Shown piece after piece: positions 8,282-18,241 of a stretch of 40,965 nucleotides of DNA. A model generated the notes under the pieces. That model made no database searches and was not told where the DNA came from. It worked only from the letters and a program-made list of their open reading frames with translations. The stretch's first letter is position 1. The number at the start of each line of letters is the position of its first letter. Origin of the DNA: a virus (taxonomy: Duplodnaviria > Caudoviricetes); the IMG/VR virus record IMGVR_UViG_3300048574_000501, positions 1 through 40,965 of that record; one strand, given 5' to 3'. Made by a program: the position numbers and the translations under genes.

Positions 8282-8764
8282 ATGAATAATGAACGTGAAC
8301 TTGGATGGAATGAAGTAATTGAAAATGATAGCCCGGATTTTGTTACACTTCCAGAAGGTGATTATAATTTTGAAGTAACAGAGTTTGAAAGGGCAAGGCA
8401 TAACGGTAGCGATAAGCTACCAGCATGTAACAAAGCAATAATACATATCAAAATTGAAGCACCTGAAGGAGTCACCACTATTAAACACAACCTGTTCCTT
8501 CATACCAAAACCGAAGGTATGCTGTGTGCATTCTTTACAGCGATTGGTCAAAGAAAAAAAGGTGAGCGCGCCACTATGAACTGGAATGCAGTCGTTGGTT
8601 CAAAGGGTAAGTGTAAGGTTGGTATCAGAACATGGAAGACTGATGACGGTCGTGAAATGACTTCAAATGAGATAAAAAGGTTTTATGAACCGGATGCAAA
8701 TAATCAAGCATCTGGTAGTAATCAACCTGCAGCGCAAAAGACATTTGAGGCTGGGAGGTTTTAG
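8282..8764 (+). CDS. Phage ssDNA-binding protein (DUF669-like)
   Basis: LPEGDYNFEV start, position after Sak4, C-terminal Phe. Confidence 0.75.
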   Translation: MNNERELGWNEVIENDSPDFVTLPEGDYNFEVTEFERARHNGSDKLPACNKAIIHIKIEAPEGVTTIKHNLFLHTKTEGMLCAFFTAIGQRKKGERATMNWNAVVGSKGKCKVGIRTWKTDDGREMTSNEIKRFYEPDANNQASGSNQPAAQKTFEAGRF

Positions 8765-8766
8765 TT

Positions 8767-10377
8767 ATGGAACTAAGGCCATATCAGCATGAAGCAAAGG
8801 AAGCTATACTAACTGAATGGAGTAAAGGAATTAAAAAAACTCTCCTGGTTCTTGTAACCGGTGGAGGAAAAACAATAATTTTCTCAAAAGTTACTGAGGA
8901 CTGTGTCAGAAACGGTGAACGGGTTTTAATACTCGCTCACCGTGGAGAGTTACTTGATCAGGCCGCAGACAAATTGAAAAAGGCTACTAATTTAGGATGT
9001 GCAACAGAGAAAGCAGAAGAAACTTGTTTAGGGAGTTGGTACCGGGTTGTGGTTGGATCAGTTCAATCACTTATGAGAGAAAAACGCCTAAATCAGTTTC
9101 CTAAAGACTACTTTAATACGATTATCATTGACGAAGCCCATCATTGCCTATCCGATGGTTACCAACGTGTATTAAGTTATTTTGACAGTGCAAAAGTTTT
9201 AGGGGTTACAGCTACTCCGGACCGTGGAGATATGCGAAATTTGGGTCAATTTTTTGAATCTTTAGCTTATGAATACACATTACCCCAGGCAATCAAAGAA
9301 GGATATTTATGCCCTATCAAAGCTCAGACCATTCCACTAAAACTAGACCTGTCAGGAGTCAGTGTCCAGGCCGGTGACTTCAAGAACGGTGACCTGGGCA
9401 ATGCATTGGAACCATATCTTGAAAGTATAGCAGACGAAATGTTAAAGTGCTGTGCAGACCGCAAAACAGTTGTATTTCTTCCTCTTATAAAAACTAGCCA
9501 GAAATTTAAAGATATACTCAATAGCAAAGGCTTTAGAGCTGCAGAGGTTAATGGGAACAGCCAGGATAGAGAGCAAGTATTATCTGATTTTGATTCCGGA
9601 AAATACAATGTAATTTGTAACTCTATGTTGCTTACTGAAGGTTGGGACTGCCCCAGTGTTGACTGCATAGTGGTGCTCCGGCCAACAAAAATAAGAAGCC
9701 TATATGTTCAAATGGTTGGACGCGGTACCCGTTTACATCCCGGCAAGGATCACCTACTTTTATTAGATTTCCTATGGCATACTGAACGTCATGAACTTTG
9801 TCATCCAGCAGCACTAATTTGTGAATCTGAAGAAGTAGCAAAGAAGATGACAGAGAATATTGAGGTTGCCGGATGTCCTGTTGACATTGAAGCTGCAGAA
9901 AAGCAAGCGACAGAAGATGTTGTCGCTCAAAGAGAAGAAGCTCTTGCTAAGAAACTGGCAGAAATGAAAAATCGTAAGCGCAAGCTCGTGGATCCGCTGC
10001 AGTTTGAAATGAGTATCCAGGCGGAAGATTTAGCTAGCTACGTGCCGGCATTCGGTTGGGAAATGGGACCACCATCTGATAAGCAAATTGCAACACTTGA
10101 AAAGATGGGTATATTTCCGGATGAAATTGAGAGTGCTGGTAAGGCAACAAAGCTGCTTGAAAGACTTGATAAGCGGAGAAATGAAGGCTTAACAACTCCA
10201 AAACAAATCAGATTTTTGGAAGGTCGTGGATTTCAGCATGTAGGTACATGGCAGTTTGAAGGTGCAAAGGATCTTATAGACAGAATTGCAGGGAATGGGT
10301 GGAGAGTACCAAGTGAAATAACTCCATCTGATTATAAACCTGCATATATAGAACAACCGCTTGGTTGGGAGATTTAA
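8767..10377 (+). CDS. SF2 DEAD/DEAH-box helicase
   Basis: LRPYQ, TGGGKT, DEAHH, TAT, LTEGWDCP, QMVGRGTR. Confidence 0.92.
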   Translation: MELRPYQHEAKEAILTEWSKGIKKTLLVLVTGGGKTIIFSKVTEDCVRNGERVLILAHRGELLDQAADKLKKATNLGCATEKAEETCLGSWYRVVVGSVQSLMREKRLNQFPKDYFNTIIIDEAHHCLSDGYQRVLSYFDSAKVLGVTATPDRGDMRNLGQFFESLAYEYTLPQAIKEGYLCPIKAQTIPLKLDLSGVSVQAGDFKNGDLGNALEPYLESIADEMLKCCADRKTVVFLPLIKTSQKFKDILNSKGFRAAEVNGNSQDREQVLSDFDSGKYNVICNSMLLTEGWDCPSVDCIVVLRPTKIRSLYVQMVGRGTRLHPGKDHLLLLDFLWHTERHELCHPAALICESEEVAKKMTENIEVAGCPVDIEAAEKQATEDVVAQREEALAKKLAEMKNRKRKLVDPLQFEMSIQAEDLASYVPAFGWEMGPPSDKQIATLEKMGIFPDEIESAGKATKLLERLDKRRNEGLTTPKQIRFLEGRGFQHVGTWQFEGAKDLIDRIAGNGWRVPSEITPSDYKPAYIEQPLGWEI

Positions 10378-10398
10378 CATTTGAAAGGAGTTAAAGGT

Positions 10399-11745
10399 AT
10401 GATTCAAAACATAGATATAAAGAAATTGCACAATCACCCCAAAAATCCTAGAAAGGATCTCGGAGATCTGACAGAAATTGCAGAGAGCATTAAGGTTAAT
10501 GGCATTTTTCAAAACTTAACGGTTGTCCCCTGGTTCTGTTTTGAAACAGGTGTTGGTGCTGATGACCCTAAGCAGCAGGAAGAAATGGGCTATTTCGTTG
10601 TTATTGGAAATCGTCGCTTAGCAGCTGCTAAGCTTGCTGGTCTTACAGAATTACCATGCGCTATATCAGATATGGACTATAAGACTCAGCTGGGTACAAT
10701 GCTACTTGAAAACATGCAAAGAAACGACCTGACAATATATGAGCAGGCACAGGGTTTTCAAATGATGCTAGATCTCGGCGAAACTCTTAATGATATTTCC
10801 GAAAAAACCGGTTTCTCAGAAACAACAGTAAGGCGCAGAGTAAAACTTCTCGAGCTTCAGCTTGACAGTGAGAAGTTTAAGAAGTCAGTGGAGCGCGGAG
10901 CTACATTGATGGACTATTTAGAGTTAGACAAGATTCATGACATTAAACTGAGAAATAGCGTTCTTGATAAAATCGGAACGCCTAATTTTAAGTGGGAACT
11001 GCAGAGCGCTGTTGACAAAGAAAAGAAAGAAATAAACAAGGCATTATGGGTTGCTGAATTTGATAAATTTGCAACGCAAGTAAAGGGTAGTAATGGGCTT
11101 CAGTATGTTACAGCCTATTATAATTTATCGCAGAAACCTGATATTACTCAACCGGCTGATGCCGATACTGTAGAGTATTTCTTCGTTGTATCGGACTACG
11201 GCAGTATTACTCTATACAAGAAATCAGAGAATAATAACTCAACTTCTGATAATTCAGCAAATGAGGAAAAACAAAAACAGTTTAGAGAACAACGCACAGC
11301 TTTGGAGGAAGTTTCAAAACAAGCATATCAACTAAGATGTAACTTTATAAAAGATACCTCAAATGCCAAAGCTAAAAAGAACATGAGCGTAATAATTGAG
11401 TATTTATTACGAGCTATGTTGAGTGATTATTATTTCAACTTTGATTGTGATGACTTTACAGAGTTTTTAGGTATTGAAATCAATGAGGATGAAGAGTGGA
11501 GCTTTGATAATATTGCAGACAGTGTTATGACTCAGCTAGAACGTCATATGCTTATTGCAACTTATTTGGCACTTGACTCAGAGGGTGAGCACTATTACGA
11601 CTATAATAATCAGTGGCGTAATAATCAAACCTTGAATACAGCTTATGAGTTCCTTGAAAAGCTTGGATATGAGACATCTGAAGAAGAACGTTCGCTGCGT
11701 GACGGTACGCACAAGCTATTTGCAAACAGCGAGGCAGCGAATTAA
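10399..11745 (+). CDS. ParB/RepB/Spo0J-like protein (likely start ATG 10399)
   Basis: HPKNPRK, GIFQNLTV, GNRRLAAA, ENMQRNDL and an HTH. Confidence 0.85.
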   Translation: MIQNIDIKKLHNHPKNPRKDLGDLTEIAESIKVNGIFQNLTVVPWFCFETGVGADDPKQQEEMGYFVVIGNRRLAAAKLAGLTELPCAISDMDYKTQLGTMLLENMQRNDLTIYEQAQGFQMMLDLGETLNDISEKTGFSETTVRRRVKLLELQLDSEKFKKSVERGATLMDYLELDKIHDIKLRNSVLDKIGTPNFKWELQSAVDKEKKEINKALWVAEFDKFATQVKGSNGLQYVTAYYNLSQKPDITQPADADTVEYFFVVSDYGSITLYKKSENNNSTSDNSANEEKQKQFREQRTALEEVSKQAYQLRCNFIKDTSNAKAKKNMSVIIEYLLRAMLSDYYFNFDCDDFTEFLGIEINEDEEWSFDNIADSVMTQLERHMLIATYLALDSEGEHYYDYNNQWRNNQTLNTAYEFLEKLGYETSEEERSLRDGTHKLFANSEAAN

Positions 11746-12894
11746 ATGGGTATGGGGCGTAAGTGGACAAAGGAAGATGAAACTTACCTCTCTGATAATT
11801 GGGGGCATATATCGGTACCAGGTCTGTGTAAAAAGCTTAATCGTTCAAAAAACGCCATAATGGTTCGCGTACAGCGTTTAGGTCTTCCATCATTCCTTGA
11901 AAGCGGAGAATATATAACACTAAGCCAGCTTATTATTGCAGTAACCGGTTCAATGACTAACTATTCATATAAAATAACGAGTTGGGTTAAAAACAGAGGA
12001 CTTCCCGTCCATGATAAACGGAATAATCAATGCACATGGAGAGTTATCTACATAGACGAGTTTTGGAAATGGGCAGAGAAAAACCGTAGCTTTATAGATT
12101 TTTCAAAGATGGAACCAAACATACTTGGAAAAGAGCCCGCATGGGTGGCTCCACAGCGAAGTCAAGACAGTATATCTAATGTAAACTACCGAAAGGATCC
12201 ATGGACTCCTAAAGATGATGCTCTCCTAAAAGAATACCTGAAACAGTTCAAGTATGGATATGCTGAACTGTCAAGAATGCTGGGGCGCTCTGCAGGTGCA
12301 ATTCAGCGTCGGATATGCGACCTCAAACTTAAAGAACGGCCTTTAAAAGCGGATAATCATATTGCATGGGAAGAATGGCACTTTCAGACTCTTGCCGATA
12401 TGATTCGATCAGGATACAGTTACGGTGCAATTGGAGAAGTCATAGGCAAATCGGAAAAAGCAGTACGTGGACGTGTGTATGACTTCTATAGAACCGAAAA
12501 TGCAGACAAGGTTCGTGTCATGATCAGTGACGGTCCGTGGGGCACTGGCAGACCTGAATTGACCGTTCTTAATAGCAAACGTAAATCTCCAGTAAAGAAG
12601 GATTTGACCAGACTTTCGGAATTATTGCTTATCCGGAGGAACCAGTTGGATTTTGATGGTTATTGGCAAAAGAGTATGTGTATGAAATGGTATGACATAA
12701 AAGGATGCACAGCTAATCAGAAAAACTGCGATGATTGTGCCGAATTTATTAGAATCAAACCACAATACTGCAAGCGCTGCGGAGTTACCTTCTATAGTCG
12801 GCAGATTTCAGACATTTGTGATCCGTGTAAAACGGCCAGAAAGAAGCAATATCAAAAAAAATGGGCTATTTTAAATAACATACATAGCATTTAG
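11746..12894 (+). CDS. Hypothetical DNA-binding protein (repeated Myb/HTH-like units, C-terminal Cys clusters)
   Basis: Repeats of WTxxxxxxL...RSxxAI; C-terminal CxxC pairs. Confidence 0.65.
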   Translation: MGMGRKWTKEDETYLSDNWGHISVPGLCKKLNRSKNAIMVRVQRLGLPSFLESGEYITLSQLIIAVTGSMTNYSYKITSWVKNRGLPVHDKRNNQCTWRVIYIDEFWKWAEKNRSFIDFSKMEPNILGKEPAWVAPQRSQDSISNVNYRKDPWTPKDDALLKEYLKQFKYGYAELSRMLGRSAGAIQRRICDLKLKERPLKADNHIAWEEWHFQTLADMIRSGYSYGAIGEVIGKSEKAVRGRVYDFYRTENADKVRVMISDGPWGTGRPELTVLNSKRKSPVKKDLTRLSELLLIRRNQLDFDGYWQKSMCMKWYDIKGCTANQKNCDDCAEFIRIKPQYCKRCGVTFYSRQISDICDPCKTARKKQYQKKWAILNNIHSI

Positions 12895-12911
12895 GGGGAG
12901 GAACTTAGGCA

Positions 12912-15158
12912 ATGGACGGCAACAAGCATGATTTGCGCGAATTATTACAATACATACACCCTGCATCACTCGACTACCAGGAATGGGTCAGCGTGGGAAT
13001 GGCATTAAAAGAGGATGGATATACAGCATCAGATTGGGATAACTGGAGCCGGCAGGATACTAAACGATATCATTCCGGGGAGTGTTTCAAAAAGTGGGAT
13101 ACTTTCAGGGGAACTTCAAGCCCTGTTACGGCAGGCACTATTGTACAAATGGCAAAGGATAACGGCTGGCTTCCTAAAAGAAGTGAGCCGGGTCCAGAGC
13201 ATGAACTTGATTGGGAGGATTCCATTGGTAGTAAGGATGACCTTGTTGTTATAAATAAGGCCTGGCTTGAAGGAAAAGAAGTAACCGAGCCTGAAGAATG
13301 GGACCCAGAGGGCCAACTGGTTAGATACCTAGAAACTCTTTTTGAGGCATCAGAAAACGTTGGGTATGTTACTGAAAGTTGGTTCAATGAAGAGAAACAG
13401 AAGTACCTCCCAACAAAGGGAGCCTGGGATCGTACTGCAGGGGAACTTATACAGCAACTAAACAAATGCAATGGTGACATTGGAAGTGTTATAGGGGATT
13501 ATAAGCACGAAGCAGGAGCATGGATTCGCTTTAATCCTCTTGATGGCAAGGGTGTAAAAAATGAAAATGTATCAGATTTCAGATATGCTCTTGTTGAATC
13601 CGATGACACCGAGATAGAACAACAAAACGCAATCATCCGGGAGTTAGAGCTCCCAGTTGCTTGCTTAGTCCATAGCGGAGGTAAAAGCCTTCATGCCATC
13701 GTGCGCATCGATGCCGCAGATTATAACGAATATCGAAAACGTGTAGATTACCTATATAATGTCTGCCGTAAAAACGGTCTGAAGATAGATACTCAAAATA
13801 AAAATCCTTCTAGGTTGTCACGTATGCCAGGCATTGAGAGAAACGGCCAGAAGCAGTTTCTTGTTGAGACCAATATTGGTAAGGAGAGTTGGAAAGAATG
13901 GCAGGAGTGGATTGAAGGTATTAATGACGACCTCCCGGAACCTGAAAACTTAACCGGTGTATGGGACAACCTCCCTGAGCTTTCACCGCCACTTATAAAC
14001 GGAGTTCTTAGACAAGGACATAAGATGCTGCTCGCAGGTCCCAGTAAAGCCGGTAAGTCATATGCTCTTATAGAGCTCACTTGTGCTATTGCTGAAGGAA
14101 AGAAGTGGTTTAACTGGAATTGTGCACAGGGGAAGGTTATGTATGTTAATTTGGAACTTGACCGCGCAAGTTGCTTGCACAGGTTTAAAGATGTATACCA
14201 AGCGCTGGGATGGAAAGCAAACAACCTGGACAACATCGATATTTGGAACCTAAGAGGAAAGTCGGTACCAATGGACAAGTTGGCGCCGAAGCTTATCAGA
14301 AGAGCAGCAAAGAAAAACTATATTGCCATCATCATTGACCCGATTTACAAGGTTATCACCGGTGATGAAAATAGTGCTGATCAAATGGCACATTTCTGTA
14401 ACCAGTTTGACCTTGTATGTACTGAGTTAGGCTGTGCGGTTATCTATTGTCATCATCATTCTAAAGGCGGCCAGGGAGGTAAGAAGTCGATGGATAGGGC
14501 TTCTGGTTCAGGTGTATTTGCCCGTGACCCTGATGCACTTCTTGACCTCATTGAGCTTGATCTAACAGACAGTCTTCTGAAGCAAGAGGAAAACAAGGCA
14601 GTATGTAAGGTGTGCGAAGACTGGCTGAAAATGAGTAATGTAGATATATTTGCAGAGCTATCACAAGATGATTTATGCAGTGAAAAAGCGATGTTAGAGG
14701 CGTGCCAAAGGCTTCTAAGCAAAGAGACAAATCAAGCTATGCAGATAGCCGTAGAAGCCGCCAGAAAGACTGTACAACAACGTACTGCATGGAGAATTGA
14801 AGGAACATTGAGAGAGTTTCCGAAGTTCCCTCCGGTAAATCTATGGTTCAACTACCCAGTACACAACATTGATACAATCGGCAGTCTGAAGGATGTACAG
14901 ACTGACGGAGAAATGCAGCCATATATGAGAGGTCTAAAAAAAATTAGTAAGCAAAAAGAGCGAAAAAAACAAGACCGTAAAAAAGATATAGAAAATGCGT
15001 ATGACTTTTGCAGTCTTTCTGGAGAAGTTACAGTGATTGCTCTCGAGGAATATATGTCAGCATCTAAGAATTCAGTAAAAAATTGGGTAAAAGAGCACGG
15101 TGGCTTTGAGATAAATAACGGTATCGTTATCCGAAAAGAAGGGGTGTCAAATTCGTAA
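12912..15158 (+). CDS. Primase-helicase replication protein (PriCT-2 + primase-like + AAA_25/RepA helicase)
   Basis: N-terminal YQEWVSVGMALK...WDNWS (PriCT-2), HSGGKSLH, Walker A GPSKAGKS, IIIDP, HHHSKG, ASGSG. Confidence 0.85.
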   Translation: MDGNKHDLRELLQYIHPASLDYQEWVSVGMALKEDGYTASDWDNWSRQDTKRYHSGECFKKWDTFRGTSSPVTAGTIVQMAKDNGWLPKRSEPGPEHELDWEDSIGSKDDLVVINKAWLEGKEVTEPEEWDPEGQLVRYLETLFEASENVGYVTESWFNEEKQKYLPTKGAWDRTAGELIQQLNKCNGDIGSVIGDYKHEAGAWIRFNPLDGKGVKNENVSDFRYALVESDDTEIEQQNAIIRELELPVACLVHSGGKSLHAIVRIDAADYNEYRKRVDYLYNVCRKNGLKIDTQNKNPSRLSRMPGIERNGQKQFLVETNIGKESWKEWQEWIEGINDDLPEPENLTGVWDNLPELSPPLINGVLRQGHKMLLAGPSKAGKSYALIELTCAIAEGKKWFNWNCAQGKVMYVNLELDRASCLHRFKDVYQALGWKANNLDNIDIWNLRGKSVPMDKLAPKLIRRAAKKNYIAIIIDPIYKVITGDENSADQMAHFCNQFDLVCTELGCAVIYCHHHSKGGQGGKKSMDRASGSGVFARDPDALLDLIELDLTDSLLKQEENKAVCKVCEDWLKMSNVDIFAELSQDDLCSEKAMLEACQRLLSKETNQAMQIAVEAARKTVQQRTAWRIEGTLREFPKFPPVNLWFNYPVHNIDTIGSLKDVQTDGEMQPYMRGLKKISKQKERKKQDRKKDIENAYDFCSLSGEVTVIALEEYMSASKNSVKNWVKEHGGFEINNGIVIRKEGVSNS

Positions 15159-15393
15159 AAATTTTTTGATAGGTCTTTTTTGACAGGGTATCAAAAAAGA
15201 AAAATTTATACTGACATATATTTTTGATAGGTATCAAAGAGGGTATCAAACACGTGGATTTACGATTTTGATAGCAATAACTTACAAGGTGTCAAAAATA
15301 TATGTCAAATTCGTAAAATCACATGTTTGACAGGGTGTCAAAACAGGGTGTCAAACTCGTTATATAAATATATAAAAATTTTTTTTGACACCC
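15141..15393. repeat. Iteron-like cluster (about 14 copies of TTTGAYA/TRTCAAA in both orientations); putative phage replication origin
   Basis: Examples: TTTGACAGGGTATCAAA (15179-15195), TTTGACAGGGTGTCAAA (15326-15342), and TGTCAAATTCGTAAAA twice. AT-rich, directly after the primase-helicase. Confidence 0.65.
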
Positions 15394-15530
15394 TTCGTGT
15401 GGTCAGTGCGATGTCAGTTGCGTGTAAAGCTCACGCAACGACAACTGACACGCTTGCACTGACAAAAGAAAAAATTGACAGAAATAATAAAAGTAAAAAA
15501 ATTACAGTAAAAAACAGGAAGGTGATAAAA

Positions 15531-15800
15531 ATGCAGAATAAAGCAGACATGATTTTAGAAACATTTGTTGGAGTTAAGTTAAATACTCTGTCAAGTGTGC
15601 CAATAATCTCAGTATATAAAAGTCCTAAAGACTACCCTAATAAATTTGTGGCTCGGCTATGGGATGTAAATAACAAAGCTACGAACTTCATAGTTGTGGC
15701 AGAGACATTGGAGGGCATTAGGAAGTTGATTCCTGAAAACATGTTGTGTATTCCTCCCTCAGAGATGGATGATTCGGTTATTGTTGAGGTGTACATATGA
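15531..15800 (+). CDS. Hypothetical phage protein (likely start ATG 15531)
   Basis: RBS GGAAGGTGA. Contains IISVYKSPKDYPNKFVARLW. Confidence 0.65.
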   Translation: MQNKADMILETFVGVKLNTLSSVPIISVYKSPKDYPNKFVARLWDVNNKATNFIVVAETLEGIRKLIPENMLCIPPSEMDDSVIVEVYI

Positions 15801-16303
15801 GCAAAAATCATATTGTTAATTGCAAACATCAACTTGATTATTGGGAGGAAAAATGCTTTCAGTGTGATGGTTTAGAAAATTGTAGGGCAAAACCTCCAGC
15901 TAAAACAGAATTCTTCTTGCCGATGAAAAAAGTTCCAACCTGTACGCATCAGGAGAAACAGGTACATGTGGTAAATGGCAAACCACAATTTTACGAACCG
16001 GAAGAATTAAAAGTAGCAAGGGCAAAGTTACAGGCACACCTGGCAAAACATATTCCTGAAAAGCCGTATACCGGTGCTGTAAGGCTAATGACAAAGTGGT
16101 GTTTTCCTATTACCAGTAAGCATAAAAATGGCGAATACAAAACTACTAAGCCAGATACTGATAACCTTCAGAAGCTGCTGAAAGACGTAATGACTGACCT
16201 GAAATTCTGGAAAGATGATGCTCTTGTGGCATCAGAGATAGTTGAGAAGTTTTGGGCAGAAGTACCTGGTATTTATATCAGCATTGAGGAATTGAGTTTG
16301 TGA
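15797..16303 (+). CDS. rusA: RusA-family Holliday junction resolvase
   Basis: KPDTDNLQKLLKD...WKDDALV catalytic Asp pattern. Confidence 0.85.
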   Translation: MSKNHIVNCKHQLDYWEEKCFQCDGLENCRAKPPAKTEFFLPMKKVPTCTHQEKQVHVVNGKPQFYEPEELKVARAKLQAHLAKHIPEKPYTGAVRLMTKWCFPITSKHKNGEYKTTKPDTDNLQKLLKDVMTDLKFWKDDALVASEIVEKFWAEVPGIYISIEELSL

Positions 16304-16344
16304 AGTTTTTTAGTCTATTGCGAAGAAAGTGAGGATAATTTGAA

Positions 16345-16860
16345 ATGATTAAATCAGCACATCTGTATAAAGAACAACTGGAAAAGAAAATCTACGAGTC
16401 ATGGTATAGTCTCCAAAATCAATACTGGAATGGAAGTTGTAGTGATTGGATGATAAAGCTAAGTGAAGACAATTGGAGTCAACATCAATTTGTAACCGTT
16501 GATAAAAATGACAATGTAACAGGATATATTACATACTCTGTTGACCACCAAAGTCTTAAGGCATATTGCTGGGGGATTATAAGCTTTGTTAAGGGTAATT
16601 TGTATTTTGCGCAGGATTTATACCAAGCAATTCATGATATATTCTACAAGTATAATTTGAATAAGATAGAATTCTGTGCATACACTGACAACCCAGTTAT
16701 AAATGCGTATAGAAATTTTATAGGCAAAGTTGGAGGAACTATAATTGGAATTCATCATGAATCAACTATGCTTTTAGACCACAAACTTCATGATACCGAA
16801 GAATTTGAAATTATGAAGGTAAATTTTAAACCAATTAACAACTGGAGATTTAATAAGTAA
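16345..16860 (+). CDS. Putative GNAT (RimJ/RimL-like) fold protein
   Basis: FYKYNLNKIEF...DNP...GG...G...LLDHKLHD resembles the C-terminus of RimJ-type proteins. Confidence 0.5.
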   Translation: MIKSAHLYKEQLEKKIYESWYSLQNQYWNGSCSDWMIKLSEDNWSQHQFVTVDKNDNVTGYITYSVDHQSLKAYCWGIISFVKGNLYFAQDLYQAIHDIFYKYNLNKIEFCAYTDNPVINAYRNFIGKVGGTIIGIHHESTMLLDHKLHDTEEFEIMKVNFKPINNWRFNK

Positions 16861-16914
16861 TTTCAATCGCAATTTGAATAGATTGCATACTTAGAAATAG
16901 GGGAGGAGGTACCC

Positions 16915-17343
16915 ATGACAAAAGAGGAGTTATTGAAGTTTAAAGTGATTGAAAGTGAAATTGAGCAAATCAAAAAAGAACTGGAAAAGATAAAGCCTGA
17001 ATATAGGATGGATGCTGTTACTGGTTCTGAACCGTCCCACCCTTATATTGCTCATCAAATAAAGATCGAAGGATATGACTATGGCGGCTATTTCAATAAG
17101 CTGAGAAGAATTGAAAAGCGGCTGAATGACAAGCTTGCTGAACTAGTGGACACAAAGGATATAATTACTAAATACATATATAGCATTGATGATAACGAAC
17201 TCAGGAGAATCCTAATGTATAAATACATTGACGGAAAAAGCTCCAGAGAAATTGGTATGGAAATGGGATGGACAAGCAGAACGATTGAAAGACGACTAAA
17301 GAAATGGAATGAAAGTTTGTCGGTGAATGTCGCAAAAAAATAA
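16915..17343 (+). CDS. RinA/ArpU-like late transcriptional activator (sigma-70 region 4-like HTH)
   Basis: Last early gene before the packaging module. RRILMYKYIDGKSSREIGMEMG HTH. Confidence 0.75.
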   Translation: MTKEELLKFKVIESEIEQIKKELEKIKPEYRMDAVTGSEPSHPYIAHQIKIEGYDYGGYFNKLRRIEKRLNDKLAELVDTKDIITKYIYSIDDNELRRILMYKYIDGKSSREIGMEMGWTSRTIERRLKKWNESLSVNVAKK

Positions 17344-17435
17344 AGTATAATAGCATTGTAGAAAAATACCATTTAATTTTAAAAGAGTAAAACGGGGCAG
17401 GGAATAATACCTTGCCTCATTTTTATTATCTATTT

Positions 17436-17462
17436 GCAGGAATTTTCCTTTTTATGTAGAAT
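17436..17462 (+). promoter_or_regulatory. SigH-type promoter
   Basis: GCAGGAATT-11 bp-GTAGAAT matches RNAGGAWWW-N11/12-RNNGAAT. Confidence 0.7.
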
Positions 17463-17488
17463 CATGGAAATAGAGAGGGGACGATATA

Positions 17489-17689
17489 TTGGCAAACGAA
17501 GAACATCTTGTTGCAGGATATCTTGGCCAAATAGAGGCAAGGGTATTAAAGAATATATTAATTAGCAAAGGTATTATCACCACAGAGGAATATATAACTA
17601 CTCTAAAAGATACATTGGAAAACGATTTTAAGGATATACCAGTAATTCAAAGAGCCATGGAAAAGAGTGAAGAATTGAAGCCTAAATAA
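17489..17689 (+). CDS. Small moron protein (66 aa)
   Basis: RBS GAGAGGGG, its own promoter and terminator. Contains LKNILISKGIITTEEY. Confidence 0.7.
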   Translation: MANEEHLVAGYLGQIEARVLKNILISKGIITTEEYITTLKDTLENDFKDIPVIQRAMEKSEELKPK

Positions 17690-17703
17690 AGGCTTCTTTT
17701 TTC
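17677..17703 (+). terminator. Rho-independent terminator
   Basis: GAAGCCT-aaataa-AGGCTTC followed by a T-run. Confidence 0.6.
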
Positions 17704-17726
17704 TTGCAGAATAGGAGTGAGCCTGA

Positions 17727-18239
17727 ATGGCAAAATTAACACCAAAGCAAGAAATGTTTGTACAGGAGTATTTGATAGATTTAAATGCTACTCAGGCTGC
17801 AATCAGAGCAGGATATAGCACAAAAACAGCAAATGAACAAGGAGCAAGGTTATTAGCGAATGTTAGTATTCGCGCATGTATAGATGAGGCCCTGGCTGAA
17901 CGTTCAAAAAGGACAGGGATAAATCAGGATAGAGTTATTCAGGAACTGGCACGCATAGGATTTTTCAAGGCTACAGACGCCATTAATGTAAATAAAGCAA
18001 CGTTGAAAGAAGATATATCTGAGGATGATGCAGCTGTAATAGCTTCAGTAAAAGTAAAAACAGTATCTGGTGATGCTTTTGATAGTACAGAACGCGAGAT
18101 TAAATTTGCGGACAAATTAAAGGCTCTGGAGCTCCTTGGCAAACACCTTGGAATGTTTAAAGATAAAGTTGAAGTATCAGTTATGAATGAGGAGAAAAGT
18201 AAACTTGATAACTTGATTGATCAAATGCGAGGTGGATAG
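17727..18239 (+). CDS. terS: Terminase small subunit
   Basis: LTPKQEMFVQEYLIDLNATQAAIRAGYS...KLKALELLGKHLGMF. Confidence 0.95.
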   Translation: MAKLTPKQEMFVQEYLIDLNATQAAIRAGYSTKTANEQGARLLANVSIRACIDEALAERSKRTGINQDRVIQELARIGFFKATDAINVNKATLKEDISEDDAAVIASVKVKTVSGDAFDSTEREIKFADKLKALELLGKHLGMFKDKVEVSVMNEEKSKLDNLIDQMRGG

Positions 18240-18241
18240 TA

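Noticed and set aside
13015-14730. Several antisense or alternative-frame ORFs within the primase-helicase (and similar ones in other long genes)
   Set aside because: They are fully nested in well-supported genes and have no recognisable motifs.
15327-15530. N-terminal extension of ORF 15327-15800
   Set aside because: It runs through the iterons and hairpin; a good RBS precedes ATG 15531.
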